NCBI GenBank assembly: GCA_965223855.1
Contig: CBDCXM010000009.1
Span: forward strand, 1,504,001-1,568,000
DNA from: Candidatus Multivoradales bacterium
Lineage (GTDB): Bacteria; Acidobacteriota; Thermoanaerobaculia; Multivoradales; JAHEKO01
DNA: 64,000 bases
Direction of reading: 5' to 3'
The notes beneath the pieces were generated by a model. The model was not told the DNA's origin, made no database searches, and saw nothing but the letters and a program-made list of their open reading frames with translations. Of the stretch, positions 23,377-32,346 are shown piece after piece. Made by a program: the position numbers and the translations under genes. Each line of letters starts with the position of its first letter. The first letter of the stretch is position 1.

Positions 23377-24744
23377 CTACCCGAGATCGACGCCGCTGCG
23401 CCGCAGGACTGCATCGAGCGCCTCGCCGGCCCGGCGCCGGATCTCGACCGGGTCGAGGTGGGTGAGGCGGCCCTCTTCGACCAGCAGGCGACCGTCCACC
23501 ACGACGTGGCGCACATCGGCGCGGGAGCTCGAGTAGGCGACCAGGTCGTGCGGATCGGCGAGATGGCTCCAACTCTCGGGCCGCTCCCTGGAGAGCACCA
23601 GCACGTCGGCGGCCTGTCCCGGAGCGAGGGTGCCGGTGCTCCCTCCGAGACCGATCGCCCGCGCCCCTTCGCTGGTCGCCAGCCGCAGGGCGTCGAGACC
23701 GGAGAAGGCCTCCGGCCCGTGCCGCACGTGCTGCAGGAGGGCGGCGAGTCGCAGCTCTTTCAAAGCGTCGAGGTCGTTGCTGCACGGTGCGCCGTCCGCT
23801 CCCAGGCCGACCGGGATGCCGGCGGCACGGATGCCGACCACGTCGGCGATTCCCGAGCCGAGCTTCAGGTTCGAGCTCGGGCAGTGGACGACGCTGAAGC
23901 GGGAGCCGTCGACGCGGCGCAGGTGCGGTTGCTCCAGCTGGACGCCGTGAGCGATGCACAGATGCCGGGCCAGCACGCCGGTGTCGTCGAAGTACTCGAT
24001 CTCGTCCCGGCCGCCCTTGAGCTGTCGCACAGCAGCGGTCTCCTCTTTCTGCTCCAGGGCGTGGGTGTGGATCGGCCAGCCACGGGCTGAGGAGAGATCC
24101 CGCAACCCCTGCCACAGCTCATCGGAGCAGCTCAGGATGAAGCGCGGGTTGAGCCCGTAGCGCAGTCGCCCGCCGTCGCCGCCGTCGAACGCCGAGCCGA
24201 GCTCGGCGGTGTGGGCGAGGGTGGCGTCGGTGTCTTCGCGCATCGCGCCCGGCAGCGCGTCGCCCGCGTCCATCAGGCACTTGCCGGCCAGCGCGCGCAG
24301 CCCCGAGTCCTCGAGCGCCCGCAGCAGGCCGGCCGCCCCCGGGCCGATGCCGATGTCCTGCACCGTCGTCGTGCCGGACAGCAGACACTCGGCGGCGCCG
24401 AGCATCGAACACCAGTAGGCGCTCTCGTCGTCGTGCCCGGCCTCGAACGGCCAGATGCGTTCCTCGAGCCAGGGGAGGAGTCTGCGCCGTTCGGCCAGGC
24501 CACGGAAGATCGTCTGCCCGAGGTGGACATGACCCTGGATCAGGCCGGGGAGGACGAAGCAGTCGCCGACATCGAGCACCCGGGCGTCCTCCGGTGCTTC
24601 GAGCGAGGGACCCAGCGCTTCGATGAGCCCACCCCGCAGCAGCAGGTCGCCGGCAACCACGCTCGCTCCAGCGTCGAGCGTCAGCAGGGTGCCGCCCTTG
24701 AGCAGCAGCGGCGAGCGCGGAATGGAGGCCGGACGGTCGCTCAT
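23377..24744 (-). CDS. Amidohydrolase, nucleoside/purine deaminase-like
   Basis: PGLIQGHVHLGQT, HTHALE, HCPSSNLKLGSG, GADGAPCSN; start at MSDRPAS; adjacent to purine catabolism genes. Confidence 0.85.
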   Translation of the reverse strand: MSDRPASIPRSPLLLKGGTLLTLDAGASVVAGDLLLRGGLIEALGPSLEAPEDARVLDVGDCFVLPGLIQGHVHLGQTIFRGLAERRRLLPWLEERIWPFEAGHDDESAYWCSMLGAAECLLSGTTTVQDIGIGPGAAGLLRALEDSGLRALAGKCLMDAGDALPGAMREDTDATLAHTAELGSAFDGGDGGRLRYGLNPRFILSCSDELWQGLRDLSSARGWPIHTHALEQKEETAAVRQLKGGRDEIEYFDDTGVLARHLCIAHGVQLEQPHLRRVDGSRFSVVHCPSSNLKLGSGIADVVGIRAAGIPVGLGADGAPCSNDLDALKELRLAALLQHVRHGPEAFSGLDALRLATSEGARAIGLGGSTGTLAPGQAADVLVLSRERPESWSHLADPHDLVAYSSSRADVRHVVVDGRLLVEEGRLTHLDPVEIRRRAGEALDAVLRRSGVDLG

Positions 24745-24798
24745 CGGTCTTCGATTGTAGTGGCCGCTCGGCCTCCGGCCGGCGGTAGACTGACCGCA

Positions 24799-26091
24799 AT
24801 GCTCGAAAGGATGTTCCGACTTCGCGAACGGGGCACGTCCGCCGGGACCGAGGTGCGGGCCGGCACGGTGACCTTCCTCACCATGTCCTACATCCTGTTC
24901 GTCAACCCGAGGATCCTCGCGGAGGCGGGGTTGCCGGCCGAAGACGTCGCCGTCGCCACGGCGCTCGCCGCTGCCCTGGCGACCCTGGCGATGGGCCTGC
25001 TGGCCGACTATCCGTTCGCGCTCGCCCCGGGAATGGGCCTCAACGCCTACTTCACCTACGGCGTCGTGCTCGGCATGGGAGTCGAGTGGCAGGTCGCCCT
25101 GGCGGCCGTCTTCGTCGAGGGGGTGCTGTTCCTGCTGCTGGCACTGGGCGGTGCGCGCACGGCTCTCCTCAAGGCCATCCCGCCGTCGCTCAAGCTCGCG
25201 ACCATGAGCGGCATCGGCCTGTTCCTCGCCATCATCGGTTTCGAGAACGCCGGCTGGGTGGTCGATCACCCCGTGACGCTGGTCACCGCCGGAGACCTGA
25301 GCGATCCGGCGGCGCTCCTGGCGCTCGGCGGTCTGCTGCTGATCGCCGCTCTGATGGCGCGGCGCATCCGTGGCGCGATGCTGATCGGCATCGTGGCGGT
25401 GACGGCCGCGGTGTGGGCCGCCGGTGTCGCCGCGCCGCCGGAACGGCTGTTCAGCCTGCCGCACCTGCCGCGCGAGACCTTCCTCGCGCTCGACTTCAGC
25501 GGCCTGCTGGCCGGCAAGACCGTGATGGTGATCCTCGCCTTCCTGTTCGTCGATCTCTTCGACACCGCCGGCACGCTGATCGGCGTCGGCCGACTCGCCG
25601 GCCTGGTGGACGACAAGGGCGAGCTGCCACGCGCCGACCGCGCCTTCGCGGCGGACGCCCTCGGCACCTCGGCCGGAGCGCTGCTGGGGACCAGCACCGT
25701 GACGAGCTACGTCGAGTCCGCGACCGGAGTGGAGGAGGGGGGGCGCACCGGGCTGACAGCCGTGGTCACCAGCGGCTGGTTCCTGCTGGCGCTCTTCTTC
25801 ACTCCTCTCCTGGTCGCCGTGCCGGCGGCGGCGACCGCACCGGCGCTGGTGGCGGTCGGTGCCCTGATGCTCCAGGGGGCCCGGGAGGTCGATTGGAAGC
25901 GCGCCGACGAGGCGGTGCCGGCGTTCGTCACCATGGTGGCGATGCCGCTCACCTACTCGATCGCCAACGGGATCAGTCTCGGCATCGTCTCGTTCGTCGC
26001 CATCAAGGCGTTGGCCGGGCGGCTCAGGGAAGCACACCCGATCCTGATCGGCGTCGCGATCGCGCTGGTGATCTTCCATGGCCTGCGCTGA
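24799..26091 (+). CDS. NCS2 (AzgA-like) purine permease
   Basis: TFLTMSYILFVNP, APGMGLNAYF, FDTAGTL, YVESATGVEEGGRTGL, PLTYSIANG. Confidence 0.95.
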   Translation: MLERMFRLRERGTSAGTEVRAGTVTFLTMSYILFVNPRILAEAGLPAEDVAVATALAAALATLAMGLLADYPFALAPGMGLNAYFTYGVVLGMGVEWQVALAAVFVEGVLFLLLALGGARTALLKAIPPSLKLATMSGIGLFLAIIGFENAGWVVDHPVTLVTAGDLSDPAALLALGGLLLIAALMARRIRGAMLIGIVAVTAAVWAAGVAAPPERLFSLPHLPRETFLALDFSGLLAGKTVMVILAFLFVDLFDTAGTLIGVGRLAGLVDDKGELPRADRAFAADALGTSAGALLGTSTVTSYVESATGVEEGGRTGLTAVVTSGWFLLALFFTPLLVAVPAAATAPALVAVGALMLQGAREVDWKRADEAVPAFVTMVAMPLTYSIANGISLGIVSFVAIKALAGRLREAHPILIGVAIALVIFHGLR

Positions 26092-26100
26092 GGTGAGCTC

Positions 26101-27461
26101 CTGAGCCACACGCTCTCAGCCGTCACCGGGCGGCGGGTGGTGACGCCCGACGGTGTCCGGCCGGCGACGATCCGGTTCGAGGGGGGGCGGATCGCCGCTG
26201 TGGAGGACTACGGCCGGGAACCGACCGGACCCGAGGTCCTCGACGCCGGGGATCGGGTGGTGTCGCCCGGCCTGATCGACAGCCACGTCCACGTCAACGA
26301 ACCCGGGCGGACCGACTGGGAAGGGTTCGCGTCAGCGACTCGCGCCGCCGCGGCCGGTGGGATCACCACGCTGATCGACATGCCGCTCAACTCGATTCCG
26401 GCAACGACGACGGTCGAGGCTCTGGAGACCAAGCGGGGAGCCGCCGCCGGCCGGTGCCGGGTCGACGTCGGCTTCTGGGGCGGCGTGGTCCCCGGCAACT
26501 CCACCGAACTCGCCGGCCTGGCAGCCGCCGGAGTCTGCGGATTCAAGGCGTTCCTGGTCGACTCGGGAGTGGAGGAGTTCGAAGCGATCTCGCTCGAAGA
26601 GCTGGCCGCGATGGCGCCGGAAGATCGTCGAAGACCGGTCTGCCGCTGCTGGTCCACAGCGAGGCGGCGGAGGTGATCCGCAGGGCGCAGGCCGCTTCCG
26701 GGTCGGGCCGCGAGTACGCCAGCTACCTGGCCAGCCGCCCGGCCGAAGCCGAACTGGCGGCGATCGAGGGGCTCCTGGCGATCGCCGAGGAGTCTGGTCT
26801 GCGCCTCCACATCGTGCATCTCGCTGCGGACCAGCCACTGCCGCGACTCCGGGAAGCGCGGTCGCGCGGGGTGAGCGTCACCGTCGAAACCTGCCCGCAC
26901 TACCTTAACCTTCGCCGCCGAGGAGATCGAGGACGGAGCGACCGAGTTCAAGTGTGCACCGCCCATTCGGAGCTCGGCGGTGCGAGAGGCCCTGTGGGAT
27001 GCGTTGATCGACGGCGATCTCGACATGGTGGCGAGCGACCACTCTCCGAGCCCGCCCGAACTGAAGGACACCGACGACTTCTTCACCGCCTGGGGCGGCA
27101 TCGCCTCGCTCCAGCTGCTGCTTCCCGCGACCTGGACCGGTGCCGTGGCCCGAGGGGTCGATCTCGGGACGCTGTCGCGGTGGCTGTCCGAGCGCCCGGC
27201 CGCGCTCGCCGGCCTCGGTCGACGCAAGGGGCAGGCTGGCGCCGGGGCTGGGACGCCGACCTGGTGATCTGGGACCCCGACGCCAAGTTCGAGGTCGACC
27301 CGAGCCGCCTCGAGCACCGCCACCCGGTGACCCCCTACGCGGGACGACGCCTCCGGGGAGTCATCGAAGCCACTATCCTCGGGGGTGCACTGATCCATGA
27401 TCGGGGCCGACAGCTCGGTCCCGCCGCCGGTTCACTCCTGACACCCCGACTCGCCCGATGA
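26101..27461 (+). CDS. allB: Allantoinase, with several apparent frameshifts
   Basis: [29 protein letters not shown]; after shifts [46 protein letters not shown]. Shifts near 26625, 26907, 27230, 27246. Confidence 0.88.
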
Positions 27462-28987
27462 ACGACCTCGACCTTCCCGACTTCCTGGACCTTCCCGATC
27501 TCGCCTGCGCCCGCCTCGGCGGGGAAGTGCTGGCCGCCAACGACGACTTCTTCGCCGAGAAAGAGAACCTCGTTCTCGACTCGGCACCGCACTGGGATCC
27601 CGATCGCTACACCGACCGCGGCAAGTGGATGGACGGCTGGGAGACGCGGCGGCGGCGTGACGAGGGCTACGACTGGTGCATCGTCCGCCTCGGCCTGCCG
27701 GGGATCGTCCGCGGGGTCGTCGTCGATACCGCCCACTTCCGCGGCAACTACCCGGAGAGCTGCTCGATCGAAGGCTGCTGCCTGCCGGACGGAGCGTCGG
27801 CCGAGGAGGTCCTGGCCGAGGAGATCGAGTGGCTGGAGATCCTCGCTCGCGCTCCGCTCGAAGGAAACAGCGAGAACCGGTTCGCCGTCGATACCCCCTT
27901 CCGCTTCACCCACCTGCGGCTCAACATCTATCCCGACGGCGGGGTGGCGCGTCTGCGGGTTCACGGCGAGGTCGTACCCGCGCTCGAGTGCCTGACCTCC
28001 GAAGCCGCCATGGATCTCCTCGCCCTCGAGCACGGCGGCCGGGTGCTCGGCGCCAGCGACCGCTTCTTCAGCTCCCCCGAGAACCTGCTGCGGCCCGGCG
28101 ATCCCACCGGCATGCACGACGGCTGGGAGACCAAACGCCGACGCGGGCGCGGCAACGATTGGGCCGTCTTCCGACTCGCCGCCCCCGGGGTACCGAACCG
28201 GGTCGAGGTCGACACCCGCTTCTTCAAGGGCAACGCCCCCGGAAGCTGCTCGATCGAGGCCCTCACGCTGCCTCTCGAGGACGACGCCCGAGCGCTCGAG
28301 GATGATGCCGAGTGGCAGACCCTCCTCCCCAGGACCGACCTCCAACCGCACCATCAGCACGCCTTCGATCTCGAGCAGCCTTCGGGGCCGATCACCCACC
28401 TGCGACTCCAGACCTACCCCGACGGCGGCGTCGCCCGCCTCAGGTTGTGGGGCGTGCCTGACAGAAAGGCGGCTCCGGCGCTCGCCCTCCGCGAGCTCAA
28501 CTGCCTGCCACCCGCACTGGCCGGTGCCAGACTCCTCGACTGCTGCGGCGCCTCCACCTGGGCCGCCGCGATGACCGCGCGCCGACCCTTCCCCGACCCG
28601 GCGAGTCTCCGAACCGCCGCCGAGGAGGAAGCCGACCGCCTCACTGACGACCAGTGGCTCGAGGCCTTCGCTGCTCACCCGCCGATCGGCGGCGACCAGG
28701 CCGAACGACCCCGCGGCGAGACCTCCGCCCGCTGGTCGAGCCAGGAACAGTCCGGCGTCGCAGAGGCCGGCGACGAAGTCCGAGCCCGCCTCGCCGAGGC
28801 CAACCGCCTCTACCGCGAGCGCTTCGGCTACGGCTTCATCGTCTGCGCCACCGGCAAGACGGCGGAAGAGATGCTCGCCCTGATCGAAGAGAGAATGACC
28901 CACGACCCATCGGAGGAGATCGCCGTGGCGGCCGAAGAAGAGAAAAAGATCATGCGCCTGAGACTCGAACGGCTGGTGCCCGCATGA
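27458..28987 (+). CDS. alc: Allantoicase fused to OHCU decarboxylase
   Basis: Two allantoicase repeats (DGWETRRRR / DGWETKRRR; YPDGGVARLR twice) followed by UraD motifs EAFAAHPPIG, SQEQSGV, YRERFGYGFIVCATGK. Confidence 0.93.
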   Translation: MNDLDLPDFLDLPDLACARLGGEVLAANDDFFAEKENLVLDSAPHWDPDRYTDRGKWMDGWETRRRRDEGYDWCIVRLGLPGIVRGVVVDTAHFRGNYPESCSIEGCCLPDGASAEEVLAEEIEWLEILARAPLEGNSENRFAVDTPFRFTHLRLNIYPDGGVARLRVHGEVVPALECLTSEAAMDLLALEHGGRVLGASDRFFSSPENLLRPGDPTGMHDGWETKRRRGRGNDWAVFRLAAPGVPNRVEVDTRFFKGNAPGSCSIEALTLPLEDDARALEDDAEWQTLLPRTDLQPHHQHAFDLEQPSGPITHLRLQTYPDGGVARLRLWGVPDRKAAPALALRELNCLPPALAGARLLDCCGASTWAAAMTARRPFPDPASLRTAAEEEADRLTDDQWLEAFAAHPPIGGDQAERPRGETSARWSSQEQSGVAEAGDEVRARLAEANRLYRERFGYGFIVCATGKTAEEMLALIEERMTHDPSEEIAVAAEEEKKIMRLRLERLVPA

Positions 28988-29328
28988 GCATCACCACCCA
29001 CGTCCTCGACCTCGCCCGGGGCCGCCCCGCCGAAGGAATCGAAGTCACCCTCGAGATGGCCGACAGGACCGGCTCCTTCTGGCACCCGATCGGCACCGAC
29101 CACACCAACCCCGACGGCCGAGCCCAGACCCTCGTCCCCGAAACCGCCAACCTCCAGCCCGGCCGCTACCGCCTCACCTTCCAAACCGCCCCCTACTTCG
29201 CCGCCCACGACACCGACACCTTCTACCCCCGAATCGTCATCGAGTTCCAGGTCCCCGACGAGACCCAGCACTACCACGTCCCCCTCCTCCTCAGCCCGTT
29301 CGGATACTCCACCTACCGCGGCAGCTGA
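28984..29328 (+). CDS. uraH: 5-hydroxyisourate hydrolase
   Basis: ITTHVLD...HYHVPLLLSPFGYSTYRGS; ATGA overlap with the upstream stop. Confidence 0.97.
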   Translation: MSITTHVLDLARGRPAEGIEVTLEMADRTGSFWHPIGTDHTNPDGRAQTLVPETANLQPGRYRLTFQTAPYFAAHDTDTFYPRIVIEFQVPDETQHYHVPLLLSPFGYSTYRGS

Positions 29329-29355
29329 ACCCGCCCTCTCTTCTCCCTCCCCAGC

Positions 29356-29675
29356 AGGGTTGTCTTGGAGGCCGCCCACATAAGACGATGGAAGGGAGGT
29401 CCGGTCCGTCAAGGCGGTGCCGATGTAACCGGCAGAGCGACCGCGACCTACCTTCAACCTCTCCATAGGGTCGTCTCGAGACCGACCATCTCAGGGCCGT
29501 GAGGCAAGGGCGACCACACCAGGCTCGGCAGGCCTCCAACGACTCCAGCCCGCAGCCGACAGAGCGGCGCCATCCACACAACCACCGGCAAAGCGCCGCG
29601 TGCGCTGAGATGGGCGGTCTCGAGATGACCCGGTACCCCGCGTGCCCGGAAATGGGTGGCCTCGATACGACCCGG
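29356..29675. repeat. Cluster of four REP-like imperfect palindromic repeats between convergent genes
   Basis: Core ~ATGGG(C/T)GG(T/C)CTCGAGA(T/C)GACCC: two direct copies 42 bp apart (from 29596 and 29638) and two inverted copies (~29356-29381, ~29467-29497). Confidence 0.6.
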
Positions 29676-29681
29676 CCGTCG

Positions 29682-31025
29682 TCACCTCCGAGCGTCCAGA
29701 ATCCGCAAGAACGACCTCCCCCGAATCTCCTCCAGCGACAACCCCGTCCGCTCCACCGCCTCCCCCTCGCCGATCGCCCCACAATTCACCGCCCGAAGAA
29801 AGTAGTTCAACAACCCCTGCCCCGTCGCCGCATCGTCGAACACGTCGCCCACCAGCGTCGCCTGCGCCGCCTTGCCGACGAAGTTGCTCAGCCGCTCGGC
29901 CGCCGCGTCGATCCCCTCGAGGAAGAAGGCGTAGACCGCCGCGTAGCGGGTCGGCAGCTGAGCGGGATGGAGATCCCACCCCTGGTAGTAGGCGTGCTCG
30001 AGCGAGTGCCGCACATGGTCGTAGTGAAGCTGCCAGGCGTCGTGCACCGTGCGGCGGTTTTCGGCCTCCTGCTGTGGAGTGAGAGGCGGCCCGTCGGCCG
30101 CGGCGCGATGGGGCGCCACCGGCAGGACGTTGGTCGCGCCGTCGCTCAGCCACACTCCCGTGCCGCCGAGCGCCACCTGCATGACGTGCCGGGCGAAGTC
30201 GCACGCCGGATGCGTCATGTGCTGGTAGGCGGCGGTGATGTCGCAAGAGGCGGTGTAGTCGTAGGTGCCGAAGTGCGCGGCGACGCAGCGTCCGTTGCCG
30301 GCGGCGACGAGATCACCCAGGGCAATGCGGCCGGACGCGTCGAGGATCGACTGCGTCGTCTCGATCATCAACTCGAAGCGGAGCGGCTCCGAAAGGCCGA
30401 GACGCTCCTCGAGTTGCGCCAGCGTTTCCGTGAACACCACCACCTGCCCGGGGCTGGTGATCTTGGGGAGCGTGATGACGAAGTTCGGCGGCAGCGTGCC
30501 GCCGGCGGCGGCGACCAGCGAGGAGACGAAGAGATCGAGTGTCCGCAGGCTGCGCGCCTTGAGGTCCTCGGTCAGCGGCTTGATCCGGATGCCGAGAAAC
30601 GGCGGCAGCGTCCCCTCGTCGAGACCGGCGGCCGTCTCCTGCGCCGTGCGCACGGCGTCGCCGTCCTCCTCGTCGTCGGGCCGGTTGCCGTAGCCGTCCT
30701 CGAAATCGATGCGGAAGTCCTCGACCGGCTCACGCTCCAGCTTCTCGACGACCCGGCCGTGGATCGGCTCCGCCAGCTCCTTCGACAGCCCGATCGCTGC
30801 GCCGAAGGCGGCGGCGTCGGGGGCGTAGGCGTCGAGCGAAGCTCTGGCCAGGGCCCCCAGCCGCTCAGCGGTGTTGCGCTTGAAGATCTGCGCTCCGCCG
30901 TAGACCGTGTGGACCGGCTGGCGGCGGCCGTCATCGCCCGGGAAGAGCCGGGCGACCTCGGAATTGACCTCGGCAAGCTGTGTCAGAAGCGGAGCGAGGT
31001 CGTGGTCGTCGAGAGTCGGCTTCAT
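29682..31025 (-). CDS. CitE/HpcH-like TIM-barrel lyase (DUF6986-like)
   Basis: RQPVHTVYGGA, EDFRIDFEDGYG, TLPKI, MIETTQS, HFGTYDY, LSDGATN, YQGWDLHPAQL. Confidence 0.8.
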   Translation of the reverse strand: MKPTLDDHDLAPLLTQLAEVNSEVARLFPGDDGRRQPVHTVYGGAQIFKRNTAERLGALARASLDAYAPDAAAFGAAIGLSKELAEPIHGRVVEKLEREPVEDFRIDFEDGYGNRPDDEEDGDAVRTAQETAAGLDEGTLPPFLGIRIKPLTEDLKARSLRTLDLFVSSLVAAAGGTLPPNFVITLPKITSPGQVVVFTETLAQLEERLGLSEPLRFELMIETTQSILDASGRIALGDLVAAGNGRCVAAHFGTYDYTASCDITAAYQHMTHPACDFARHVMQVALGGTGVWLSDGATNVLPVAPHRAAADGPPLTPQQEAENRRTVHDAWQLHYDHVRHSLEHAYYQGWDLHPAQLPTRYAAVYAFFLEGIDAAAERLSNFVGKAAQATLVGDVFDDAATGQGLLNYFLRAVNCGAIGEGEAVERTGLSLEEIRGRSFLRILDARR

Positions 31026-31861
31026 GTCATCTCCAGGGTCAAGCGGCGGACGACGCGCTCCAGCGAGAAGCGTCGGTACTGGGCAGTCGATCGCACGTCG
31101 TCGATCGGCTGGACGGCCTCGGCGGCCAGACGACCTGCCAGATCGGCGGTCGCATCGTCGGCCCGCCTGCCGACGATCTCCCCTTCCACCGAGGGGAAGC
31201 GAATGGGTATCGCGGCGACGCTCCCTGCTGCGAGGCGGTAGGTGGTGAAGGTGCCGCCCTCGATCGTCGCCAGCACGCAGACGACGACCTTGCTGATCGC
31301 CTGTGCCGCGCGCGTTCCGACCTTGCGGAATGCCTGCTGCGAGCCGGCGGGCGGTGACGGCAGCTCCAGAGCGACCAGCAGTTCGCCTTCCCGCAGCGCC
31401 GTCGTCCGGTAGCCGGTGTGGAACTCGGTGTAGGGCACGCGGCGCTCTCCGGCGGGTCCTGCGACCACCGCGACCGTCTCGAGCGCCAGCAGCACCGGAA
31501 GCGAGTCACCCGCAGGACTTGCGTTGGCGACGTTGCCGCCGAGGGTGGCGCGATTCTGAATCTGCCAGCCGCCGATCTCCGAGGCCGCCTGGGCGAGGGC
31601 GGGGTAGCGGCTGCGGATCGTCGAATGATGCCGCAGCTCGGAGAAGGTCGTCGTTGCGCCGATCGCCAGCCCGCCTTCGATCTCCCGCACCCCCCGCAGC
31701 TCGGGTACCGACCCCAGATCGATCACCGCCGGCAGGTCGGCGCGCGCCTCGGGCTCGGCGACCATGAGGTCGGTACAGCCGGCGACCGGGCGCAGCTCGG
31801 GGTCGGCGCCGAGGAGCTCGATCGCTTCGGTGAGCGAGGTCGGGGAGGCCGAGCGCGTCAT
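31022..31861 (-). CDS. Xanthine dehydrogenase-family FAD-binding subunit
   Basis: AGCTDL, QIQNRATLGGNVANASPAGD, PIDDVRSTAQYR. Confidence 0.93.
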   Translation of the reverse strand: MTRSASPTSLTEAIELLGADPELRPVAGCTDLMVAEPEARADLPAVIDLGSVPELRGVREIEGGLAIGATTTFSELRHHSTIRSRYPALAQAASEIGGWQIQNRATLGGNVANASPAGDSLPVLLALETVAVVAGPAGERRVPYTEFHTGYRTTALREGELLVALELPSPPAGSQQAFRKVGTRAAQAISKVVVCVLATIEGGTFTTYRLAAGSVAAIPIRFPSVEGEIVGRRADDATADLAGRLAAEAVQPIDDVRSTAQYRRFSLERVVRRLTLEMT

Positions 31862-32346
31862 TTGTTCTCTTCTCCAGCTTCGTCCCCGCCGGAGTGATCC
31901 ACCAGCGCCCGGAAGATCCCCTCGTAGCCGGTGCAGCGACACAGATTCCCCGCTAATGCCTCCTGCACCTGCTCGCGGCTCGGCCGAGCGTCATGCTCCA
32001 ACATTGCCCAGGCGGTGACGATGATGCCCGGGGTGCATGCGCCGCACTGCACGCCGCCGGTGGCCACGAAGCGCTCGAGGAACGCGCGCGCCCTTCCCGC
32101 AGCAGGTCCCGAAGCGACCCCCTCGACGGTGGTGATCGTCCGCCCCTCGCACTGCATCAGCGGCACCAGGCAGGAAAGCACCGGCTGCCCGTCGAGGATC
32201 ACCGTGCAGGCGCCGCACTCGCCCTCGCCGCAACCCTCCTTGGTACCGATGAGGTCGAACTGGCGGCGCACGACATCGAGCAGCCGCTCCATCGGGTGCC
32301 CCTCGGCGCTGACGGCCTCGCCGTTGAGCTCGAAGCCGACCTTCAT
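31858..32346 (-). CDS. Xanthine dehydrogenase-family 2Fe-2S subunit
   Basis: GTKEGCGEGECGACTV, QCGACTPG, GNLCRCTGY. Confidence 0.96.
   Translation of the reverse strand: MKVGFELNGEAVSAEGHPMERLLDVVRRQFDLIGTKEGCGEGECGACTVILDGQPVLSCLVPLMQCEGRTITTVEGVASGPAAGRARAFLERFVATGGVQCGACTPGIIVTAWAMLEHDARPSREQVQEALAGNLCRCTGYEGIFRALVDHSGGDEAGEENK

Noticed and set aside
24745-26109. N-terminal half of the 910-aa minus-strand ORF as part of the deaminase
   Set aside because: It is antisense to the NCS2 permease; the deaminase starts at 24744.
29340-29680. CRISPR array
   Set aside because: The repeats are degenerate, in mixed orientation, lack regular unique spacers, and no cas genes are present.
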